A stretch of 63,332 bases of DNA, the filler included, from Octopus bimaculoides (taxonomy: Eukaryota), in assembly GCF_001194135.2 (NCBI RefSeq). It is 4 parts of 3 records of this genome, joined end to end, with 100 filler letters (N's around TTAATTAATTAA, not from the genome) between each part and the next. Parts side by side here need not be neighbours in the genome. Positions count along the whole stretch, not along the records: positions 17,617 to 32,462 come from NC_068982.1; positions 32,563 to 46,636 come from NC_068988.1; 2 more parts are not named here. One strand, written 5' to 3'. The first letter of the stretch is position 1. Each line of letters begins with the position of its first letter. Position numbers and translations under genes: made by a program. Under the pieces are notes generated by a model. It did no database searches and was not told where the DNA came from. It saw nothing but the letters and a program-made list of their open reading frames with translations. Of this stretch, positions 23,882-34,375 are shown one piece after another.

Positions 23882-26487
23882 AATGATGTTTTCATTTCAC
23901 TAGTCCTTTCCTTCTTTCTCGTTGACCTTTTCGTTTCCCTCACTCCTGTTTTCTGTTTTATTTCTCCTCTCCTAAGCCTCTTATTTTATAACTAAATATT
24001 TGATTATTCTCTTTTCTTTTTATTTTATAGTTCTGATTTATTATTGCATTATTTGAAATTACTCCCATTTAATATCATCAGTTTTCTTGTTTTATTATTA
24101 TTATTATTTTTTTTTTTGTGATGTAGTGGGTTTCATTTTTCGTTTTAGTTTTTAAATTTTGTTTTGAAATTCACCATCTATCGGTGTTTGGTTCTTATCT
24201 AATTATTTTAGTTTGTTTTTCTGCTTATTTTACTCCATACCGTTATCATTTTTTTTTATTGGTTTTTCTCGATTAAGGCTGTTTGTTTTCATGTGCTTGA
24301 GTATTTTAACTCGCGGGCATTGAGAGACATTCCCCTTTCTCGTTCGAAGCCGCCTAAAGTTTAATAAATCTGAACATTATTTTTCCTTTCCTTCGCCTCA
24401 TAAATCTTCAGTTTACTTTTGGAAAAGAAAGAAGAAAAGTCGAATGTTCTACTTTTGACTATCAGAAACAAGTATTGGACGATGTTTTTAGCACCTTTTT
24501 CTGGAATAAGACAGTATTACTATTTACTCTCAGATTATCTCAGTTAAAAGACCTATGGTTAAACAGATCCAGCCGTGAACATTCCGTCTTATCTCCAGAT
24601 ATAGTTTATCTCGCTCTTCCTGACAGAAGGACGTGATTTTGAGAAGTGTTTTACTAATTTTAGCAGGTAAGGCAACAATAAAGAGGTTTCGTCGTTCATT
24701 TAGACATAATAAATGGGCTTGGAGGATAATGTACAGAATTAGTCAGATCAGATGAGTAGAAACCATTGTACTGTCGTAGGAGAAACAAAGGGAGGACAGG
24801 ACGTAGCTGGGAAGTTTGGCAATTATTGTGGAGTTTTGATAAGTAAAAGCTTGTCTATATCCTGGACATATTTTTTCAGCCATGCAATCTGAAGTGTGTG
24901 TGTGTGCCTGATTGTATATGTGCGATTGTGCGTGTGTGCGTCCCTCGTTGTGGTTTTTGCAGCCTCTCATTTGTTAAATGCTGAAACAGGCCCAGCGCCA
25001 GAGTTTGGAAACTTGAAGTGCTTCAGAATATCCTGGGTGGGCACTAATTTCTAATAATACTAAAGTGTTTCGAAATAAGTGTATCACTGTAAATCTGAGA
25101 GTACACCATTAAATAACGAGGGAGCAGTGCTATTCAGCGCACCTCCTTAGCACGGGCATGTGCTAAAATATTTTCTGGCCTTGAAGGGCCTTAATCTCTG
25201 GCCTTAATTTCTGGCCTTAATCTCTGTGGCGAGGGTCGTTGATTGTTCTGAAATCTCTATATAAACACTCAATATCTGTGAAATGAGGTAAACATTAATA
25301 TTTTAGTTTTGTCTATTTTAATTTAACACACTCATTTGAAATTACTTTGGAAGACTAAAAACTATTCATTTCGTTTGAAAATTAAATACGAGCTTTTCAG
25401 AAACGTAACTGCATTTAGTTGAAACCTATTTATGGTCGGATTTCGAATCTTACTGGAAGTAAATTACCTTTCATCTCTGCAGGGGATTATAAAATGAATT
25501 CCATTTATATTCGGGGGAGGGGGGGGGAGTTTTAAGCGGTTGTTTCCCAATAAAATTTGCTGTCTTTGTGCTAATGTTAGAATTCAATATTCATTATCAC
25601 CATTAAGTTCTCAGTTCAAATGCCGCCGAGGTCGACTTTGCTTTTGGGGGCCGATAAAATGAGTACCAGTTGAGGACTGGGGTCGTTGTCATCGATTTAT
25701 CACCTCCCTGATATTGCTAGCCATGTACCAAATTTGAAACCAATATTCATCACCAACTCGGTCAACTGGTGGAATTGCTAAGCGCGTCGGACAAAATGCT
25801 TCTCGGTATTTGTTTCGGCTCTTGACTTCAAATCCACCGAGGTCAGCTTTGCTTTCCATCCTTTAAGGGTTGACATGATAAGTACCAGTGTCGAGTACTG
25901 TGGTTAATATAATTGACTAACCCTCTCTTTTCAAAAGTGTTGAGATTGAGCCGCAATTAAATAAAATATTTATTATCACTCACAGTTGTGGATTGAGAAC
26001 ATTTACATCGTTATGTTCTCTTTTGTTCTGAGTTCAACTCCACACAGGAACAAATAAGCATTTTATAACTATGAGGGTCGTTAAATATGCTTCAATATTA
26101 ACCAGGAAAATTGCCGAAGTCGACTTAGCCGCTCATTTTTTCGGGGCCAGCAAAATAAGAAGCAGTTGAGCACTGGGGTCGATGTAATCGGCTTCCCAAT
26201 ACCCTTAGATTTGTTGACCTTATACCAAAATGAGAAAGCTTATGAAGCGGGTTTCAATCAAATTTTGGCCATTTTCAAACAGGGTTATACATTATTAAAT
26301 TATTATTTATTATGGTTTAATTGGCAGAAACTGTTGAACAAAATACACCGAGGCACTTTATTCCGTTTGGACTGAAATATTGCGTTTCGTTTGTTGCGTG
26401 TGCACAATATATATCATATTACAAAATATATACATTACTTACATTATTTATATTTGACGGATCTTTGTCCTCATCTTGTTTGTTGTT

Positions 26488-26533
26488 AACACAACGTTTC
26501 GGCTGATATACCCTTCAGCCTTCATCAGGCGTC
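26488..26533 (-). ncRNA. Minimal type I hammerhead ribozyme motif (PLE-associated, dimer type)
   Basis: Minus strand GACGC-CUGAUGA-A-GGCUGA-agggtata-UCAGCC-GAAACGUU-GUGUU. Intact core, 6-bp stem II, 5-bp stem I including G-U pairs, and palindromic ACGU in place of stem III. Predicted cleavage after GUU. Confidence 0.7.
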
Positions 26534-26580
26534 TTGGGGAAATTTCAAACCTGGGTTCTCATTCCTAAGGTAGTTTTCTA

Positions 26581-26650
<70 letters not shown>

Positions 26651-26686
26651 ATCACGTTTAACTAACCGGTTGTCGCTGATACTCGA

Positions 26687-26744
<58 letters not shown>

Positions 26745-26813
26745 AACAACAACAATAACAACAACATCGAAAAATACCTTAGGAATGAGAACCCAGGTTC
26801 GAAATTTCCCCAA

Positions 26814-26859
26814 GACACCTGATGAAGGCTGGAGGGTGTATCAGCTGAAACGTTGTGTT
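26814..26859 (+). ncRNA. Minimal type I hammerhead ribozyme motif (PLE-associated, dimer type)
   Basis: GACAC-CUGAUGA-A-GGCUGG-agggtgta-UCAGCU-GAAACGUU-GUGUU. Same architecture as the minus-strand copy; stem II is kept through G-U pairs. Confidence 0.7.
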
Positions 26860-28979
26860 AACAACAAACAAAATGAGGACAAATATCTGTCAAATGTAAA
26901 TAATGTAAATAAAGTACATAATTCCTCATCTCTTAAATATAAAACTGTACAAAATATGTCATAACAAAATATATCGGTGTATTTTGTTTTGCTTCTTTAC
27001 AATGTTAGTTTATATCCTACTTGGATTAATTTGTCTTTCATTCGTTAGCGATTGTTTTGCCCATTTCAACCTTTATCTCGAGAACTTATAATCAAAAGTG
27101 TTCCGTGTCCTTCCTTTACTAGAACACTATAGAGTGCTTTTAAGATATTTAACTACTTTTAAGGTAGGTAGATCGCCCTAGTATAGTTTTCCCTCGTTAG
27201 CCTCCTCTTGAAATGAGTAAAATATATATCAATTAATATATTGGAGGTGATTGATTCAAGACATCCCAGTATATTACTGCCGCTTATTTTACTATCAGTA
27301 TGACTACCAGTAAAGTTCTGAGATTAGTTAAATCGACTCATCCCGCACAAAATGTGTGACCTTTTCTCGAAATTAGAAACAGTTTGTTAAAATTACTTGG
27401 TCTCAATAATATTGAGTGTTCATGTTTAGCGGTGTTTGAATAGTATTCACACAGCTGAGACATGAGATTGGTGTTTGACTTAAGGCGGTAATGACATGTG
27501 AAATAAGAGCAGATGTTTGTGGCTATATTAAGAAAGATATATTGGCAGAAAGGATGTAAGGCAGATTGTTCAGAAAGAGAGAAAAAAAAATAAAAACAAT
27601 ATTAAGTAATCTAAAAATGAAAAGTATGGTTAAGGGATGAGGAATGAGGGTCACTTCGACAAAAGATACTTGCTCCCAAATTAATTTATCTGGTCCTAAT
27701 AGCTACCCATAAATTCAATTTTTTGACGGTCTGTCAGTTTTCAGAGTGAATGTAACCAATACAAGCACCTAGTGTTAGGTCTCATCTAGCAAGTAGGCGG
27801 AAAATAGTACCTTAATACTTCACTGCGAAGATGGTAATTCTATATTCTAATCAACATTTCTGAAGAATCAAATTTAAATGTACTTCCTTGCTGAAGACAA
27901 CTATGCGTGAAATTATCTAACTCGATGACTTCAATGTAACGAATTTTCTTTCTTTCTATTTGTCTTTGGCAGTTTCTTTGTCCCATATCTTTATTTTCTT
28001 TCATAGGTTTCACCCTTACCCCTCTCACTCCGGTTTTGACCGTCGAAATTATATTACCGAAACTCTATGCTGTTATTTCCTGCTTTTTTTAATTTTTTAT
28101 CTCATTGTCCTTTCCGTTGATTTATAGAGTATTATCCTACTGTACCAGCTAACTGAGTAGACTGGCAGGGACAAGCAAGTTCATCTGATGAAATTAATTG
28201 ATATTCATAACGTAAAGAACAAATGCACAAAGACATAAGCAAGCAAACAAACAAAATAAATAAATAAAGTTTAAAAGCCCCAGACACAAGAGACAAGCAA
28301 AAAACATTCATGCGTACTCCGAAACGCACACACAAACATAAATACACAGAATGCGTTCATAAGAATATGCCGCACTGAAATACACAAGCAAGCATACATT
28401 ACACTCGCACGAGCACCAAGTAAACTACTGCGTTCTGACATACATATTCACTCGTAAGATATGCAAATACAGATACACTACTGTACATTAGTACGCGGCC
28501 CAAGTAATCAGGTGTACATAAACTTATATAGCCCACATAAAGACACACACAGATACATACTATCAATCATACGTACTTATACACATATCTACGTTCACGT
28601 CTACGCACAAAGACACATGAAGTTAAAATGAAGACAAGTTAAACTGAAGACAATATCAAATCGTTGTTTTGTCATTGCTATTCAAACCATATTTATTACC
28701 TGTACAAATAATCCGCATGGCAGGCTTCTTTAAGCAGAGTTTGAGGTTTGGTTTGTGACACCTGCACTGATGTAGATATTATTAAGTCAAGAAGAAAAAG
28801 AAAGATAGATAGGAGGATAGATAGGCAGATTGCTAGCCCGCTTACTATCTAAATAAAAAGCAAAGCAAATAAAAAATGACGAAAAGAAACAAAAGTCCAA
28901 GGGACTTTCACAATTAATGTTGACGCTCAAAAAAAAAAAAAGAAGGAAAAAAATTATAGAGTAAAAGTTATAGATTAAG

Positions 28980-29016
28980 AGTATAACATTTCAGACTTAC
29001 TCCTTCATCGGATACT
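28980..29016 (-). ncRNA. Minimal hammerhead-like motif, variant core, one probable CpG-decay lesion
   Basis: Minus strand AGUAU-CCGAUGA-A-GGA-guaag-UCU-GAAAUGUU-AUACU. Perfect 5-bp stem I, 3-bp stem II, U4C core variant. GAAAUGUU is probably derived from GAAACGUU. Confidence 0.5.
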
Positions 29017-30844
29017 AGAGGATAGTCTAAGAGAAAGTGGGAAAAGAAAGAGGGGAAAGGAGATCAAATATAAGAGAGAACCATGGTCCGGTTTGGTCAT
29101 GCACAGATTCATGTATAAATAGTTAAATTAAGGCGATAAAGTAAACAGATAGCAATATTTTTCTCTCTCTCAACTCGCACCTTCCTCTCTTTTTCGTGTC
29201 TCTTGCTCATTTTTCTTTTTCTTCTTCCCGTTCTTATGCTTTAAACTCCAACGAGAAGCATCCATCTCTATCACACTCCTTTCGCCCGTCCACGTCTCTC
29301 ACTAATTTTCTTCTCTTCCCGAACAAAAATAAAGACATTTTTGTACCAGTGTTGTAGTGTAAGTATTCTTTCTCCAGATTTTCTCCCACTTCTCTCCTTC
29401 AGCTCCCACCTATTTCCCTCTTTTATTTCTTTGTCTGTTCCTTCCTTCTATGCAATAGTAACTCATTTATCCTTATACACACTTCTGTCATACCCTCCAA
29501 ATTCTTCTTGCCGTTTCTTTTACCTCATATTCACACCTGCTGCCAGTTCCCCACTTCCATGCTTTCTTCGCGCGTACACATACAATACGATTACAAACAT
29601 ACACCAATACTTTACACACCTACAAACTCACGCTACTATACTTCTACCCTTGCACACCTCTACACCGCCTACCATATAAAATATATAAACAATAGATAAC
29701 ACATATAAATAGTGCTGCAATAATAATATTATAGAACATTTTCATATTAATGTTAGCTATTATCCGTGAATGATTTAAAAGTAAGAGTCTATAATTTTCT
29801 TCAAACTTAACAACAAAACCTCTTTTTTTGTAATGGTAATATAACTGAGTAGATTACTGGTACATAATGTATTAATCTAAAAGGATGAAGGGTAGGGGAA
29901 AACAGTCTATTGTGCAAAGAAGAAAATGTATAAATTTCTTTTGATTCCAAGAAAATGCCTCATATTTATAAATAGCAGGTTTAATGCCACCATTTGGTCC
30001 TTGGGAGCCATCTTTGACCATTATCTTTGGGTGATGTTCTTGTGTGATTTCCTTCTGTTGAAAACATTTCAACCAGGCACCCCCGCCCCACTTATGTTTT
30101 TGTACAGAGACTGACCTAAGTATGTCCAGGCTTAACACAAACAGATAAATCCGTTTTGGTAGTGCCTACAAAGACCACGGCTCCACCTTTTCTTCTCTGA
30201 CTAACTTCTAAAAACTTGAGAGACAAAATGAAGTTATGCGGCTTACATGTCTGTCATAAGGACGTAAGTAATATATGAATAAAATGAAAAGGCTACAGTA
30301 GGAATTTTTTAGAGACGACTCACCGTGATCTTACCTCATCATAGTAGTGCTCCATAATTCGAACTGTTTGACGCTCACTGGGTTAAGATAAAGAACTACG
30401 ACCTAAAATTAAAAACCAGCTGCAATATTGGTTCTACTCTAAAGCAATCACCGTTCACAGATTTAATGTTTAATCTCAATTGCAGGTTCTGCGGGTAATT
30501 TAAATAGTGCTTCCATTTTTTAATGAAAAGTAATTTAACACATTTAGAAAAATGTGATACTGAAGGAATAATGCGGATTTTTGCTAGGGTGTAATATCAA
30601 AGCAGCAGGGGAAATACGTAAATGTTTATTTTAAAATGAATCCAGTGGAGGTAATTGCTGAGGGGAGGCAAGTCTCCGGCAAGCTATAATCCGATTTCTA
30701 CTACTGGTTGTTTCTATTTCTTTTCATTTAAAAGGAGACTTCTCCAGAATAAAAGGCAGAGTAAACGAAACTGTAGTAGGGTTTACTCGCCGAAGGCTTA
30801 TGAGTGTATTATCACGTCTATATTTTCCTAAACAAATACCATGG

Positions 30845-30970
30845 AGGGCGCAGTAAGTAACCAGTATTGATTGTTAGCAAAACGGTTCCGATTCCTGGTC
30901 GAGTATCAGCGACAACTGGTTAGTTAAACGTGCGACGAACTGGCGTCCCGTTACAAACTCCAGCTTAATG
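30845..30970 (+). mobile_element. tRNA-derived SINE-like fragment (distinct family)
   Basis: A-box-like ggcgcagtaagtaa, B-box-like ggttccgattcc, followed by a gaactggcgtcccgt core-like segment. Confidence 0.5.
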
Positions 30971-31060
30971 AATAGGCTTCAGGCAGATTTTAATTTTATA
31001 AATTATGTGTGTGTGTGTATTTATGTATGTATATGAATATATATCTATATATGTATATGT

Positions 31061-31160
31061 AGTGAGTGAGGGTGCAGTGTAGCACCTATATTGCTAGAAA
31101 CAAGAGTCAAAGGACTCTTATTTCTAGCAATTTAGGTGCTATTTTGCACCCTCAGTCACT
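31061..31160. repeat. Foldback/MITE-like hairpin, about 48-bp stem and 4-nt loop
   Basis: agtgagtgagggtgcagtgtagcacctatattgctagaaacaagagtc-aaag-gactcttatttctagcaatttaggtgctattttgcaccctcagtcact. A related half-copy lies at about 57842-57905. Confidence 0.85.
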
Positions 31161-31604
31161 ATTGGTGACAATTGAATTTTTCCTTTTTGATTTTATATTG
31201 CGTCTAGCCATCTTTATTATTTTATATGTATATGCATGAATGCATGCATGCCTACCTACCTACCTACCTACCTACCTACCTACCTACCTACCTACCTACC
31301 TATCTACCTATCTACTTACCCTTAGAAGACGGAAAAAATCGCGGCCGACAGTATTTGTTGTCAGGGATGTCTTAGCTTAATGATAGAGAACGATCAGTCT
31401 TCGATTCTCTGTAGAGACTGGCTGGCCACTTTTTCCCGTCTTTTAAAAAGTATTTACCCGATTTTTTAAGCTGTTTTCACCGACATTCTGCGTTTGACAA
31501 TTCCTTTATTTTATGTAGAATACCAACTCACTCAGTGCTTTTAAGTTTGTTTACAAAGTGTGTGCGTGTGTATACACATACACACACACACACACACAGA
31601 CACA

Positions 31605-31652
<48 letters not shown>

Positions 31653-31666
31653 GACACAGACACACA

Positions 31667-31882
31667 CGAGGAGGAGCTGAAAAGTTCCTGGCTTTAAGGG
31701 TGTCACGAAAGGCCTAGCTGGAGGCACAAACTTCCAAATTGCTTTATAGAGCTTAGAAAAACCGAAGGACCACTGCAATGAGTGTGTGAATCTAAGAGGG
31801 AAATATGTTGAATAGAATCATAATTAACTGATTCTCCTGTATTTTCGTTTACCCAAAGCCGGGAACTTTTTAGCACCCTTCG
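31667..31882. mobile_element. Mariner-derived MITE
   Basis: TIRs cgaggaggagctgaaaagttcctggcttt / aaagccgggaactttttagcacccttcg; followed by TA, inserted in a CA microsatellite. Confidence 0.75.
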
Positions 31883-31924
31883 TATATATAGATGTCTGTC
31901 TGCCTGTCTATCTGTCTGTCTGCC

Positions 31925-31971
<47 letters not shown>

Positions 31972-32285
31972 ATGTATGTACTGTAACTAGGATGATGTTT
32001 GGTTGACAATTAGTGATTTGTCTGTGTCCATTGTGTGTATGTTTTTCCGGAAAATTTTAAATTATTTTGTTGTTTCCTCTGTGTCTCTCTCTATATATAT
32101 GCATATATGGGTACATGATGTCGTCAACTGTGTAAATAGGAAAACAAATAAAATAAATACGCAAACAACGAGAGAAAAAAATGGAAAACAGGACAAGTAA
32201 ACGCAGAAAACGACTCTTCATCAGTTGTCGGCTGTCTATCTACTCATTTCGAACATGTGTGTGTGTGTATGTATATATACATGCA

Positions 32286-32321
<36 letters not shown>

Positions 32322-32398
32322 CATATATATACACATATATATATGTATATATATGTATGTATATATATATATATTATATTATATTATATATATATATA

Positions 32399-32462
<64 letters not shown>

Positions 32463-32562
32463 NNNNNNNNNNNNNNNNNNNNNNNNNNNNNNNNNNNNNN
32501 NNNNNNTTAATTAATTAANNNNNNNNNNNNNNNNNNNNNNNNNNNNNNNNNNNNNNNNNNNN
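32463..32562. other. Artificial scaffold spacer (44 N + TTAATTAATTAA + 44 N)
   Basis: Identical 100-bp construct to 17517-17616. Confidence 0.95.
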
Positions 32563-32885
32563 ATATATATATATATATATATAATGATGTGTCCAGTTAC
32601 ATACGGATATGTGTATGCACGCAAACATACTTATCACATACCCATTGCTCATGCCTACACACACAAATGTATACGCACATGCAGTCATATAGGTATATAC
32701 ACAAACGCATGTATTGCTCTGACGCATACAAACATTCACAGGTTCAGGGGTAAACCACCCTCGCAGGTAACCGTTCTACTAACCTTCTCCCAGTTAGATT
32801 CCACTGTCTTCTAAATACCATTTAATATTACAATTGGCACCGGTTGCATCCTTTTATTGGCATCGAATTCTTGTGAAATACTCCG

Positions 32886-32948
32886 AATTACGAGTATTTA
32901 GAGCCCCGAACTAGTTACACTAGTTCGGGGCTCTAAATACTCGTAATT
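32886..32948. repeat. Perfect palindrome: 30-bp arms, 3-nt loop
   Basis: aattacgagtatttagagccccgaactagt-tac-actagttcggggctctaaatactcgtaatt, no mismatches. Confidence 0.95.
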
Positions 32949-33130
32949 AAAAGATAACTGCTGAGAAGCGGTCCTTCTTCTGTGATATATTGCAGCTGGA
33001 TACCTACCAACAATGTATCTTATTTATATGTCCCAACACTGTTGCCTTCTCATGCACACACTCACACATACACTCACACACACTCTCTCACACACACACA
33101 CACACACATACACTTAGACACACATACACT

Positions 33131-33167
<37 letters not shown>

Positions 33168-33267
33168 TTTACTTAGCAGGAGTTATATAAACACACAGCA
33201 TAGATCAATGTTAAACTCTACATCCTAGCTCGTTCTGTCAGAAATAGCAGCCAAATCTCTCTTTCCC

Positions 33268-33390
<123 letters not shown>

Positions 33391-34004
33391 AGTCTTAAAA
33401 AGAAAAAATGAAAGCACTGGAAAATTTAGACTTAGAAAATCTGTCTGAAAAACAAAGATGGGATAGTCACGACTAGAATTCCTTTGATTATCAGAACATA
33501 GGACTGACCTAGGGCTAAACAGTGACAATAACAAATTACATGCGCCTCGATTACAATTATTCGTTTGCTGAACCGCTAAGTTACGGAAACACAAACAAAC
33601 GGTGGTGGAAGAAAAACACCGACGCACACAAAGTGGAAGCGGAAGTCGCCTCAGTCTAAAGAAAGATTTCTTACATTGGCACAAGACCAATCGTTTCCGT
33701 CGTAAGGAACGGTCATTTAAACCGAGTTCTGTGTGATTTTTCACTCAGAACTAGAAGAATCTAATTAAGTACTGCAAAGAATTTTGTCCGACGCTTTTAC
33801 CGATTCCAGCCATCCACCGCCCACTCCACCAACCAAAATATAGCACACTACGCACTACGCATGCGCATACACCCACATGTACATAAACACGTATTGTATG
33901 TGTATATGTGTATATGTGTATGTGTATATGTGTATGTGTATTGTATGTGTATATGTAAGCATGCAAGCAAGCAAGCACGCATACGTATATACATATAAAT
34001 GTAT

Positions 34005-34047
<43 letters not shown>

Positions 34048-34049
34048 CG

Positions 34050-34129
<80 letters not shown>

Positions 34130-34142
34130 CATACAGACATAC

Positions 34143-34203
<61 letters not shown>

Positions 34204-34335
34204 GTCTTATAAACTACACGCTTCATATATCTACGTACATGTTTATATATGAGCAGGAAGTAGGAATGATCTCTACCCAGAATTATATACAAAACACAAC
34301 CTCAAAACGATCTTATACGCACGCATAGTAAACAG

Positions 34336-34375
<40 letters not shown>

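Larger units (their letters stand above)
26439..26908. repeat. 470-bp inverted repeat of Penelope-like terminal sequence with inner (ATT)n/(AAT)n tracts
   Basis: Unique arms at about 26439-26584 and 26763-26908 are reverse complements (about 11 mismatches in about 140 bp, counted by eye). Each continues inward through a trinucleotide tract to a short central spacer. Confidence 0.92.

Noticed and set aside
22491-23995. Long ORFs of 376-454 aa (also 18149-18670, 42424-43107 and 43447-43719)
   Set aside because: They read through N runs and dinucleotide repeats; artefacts.
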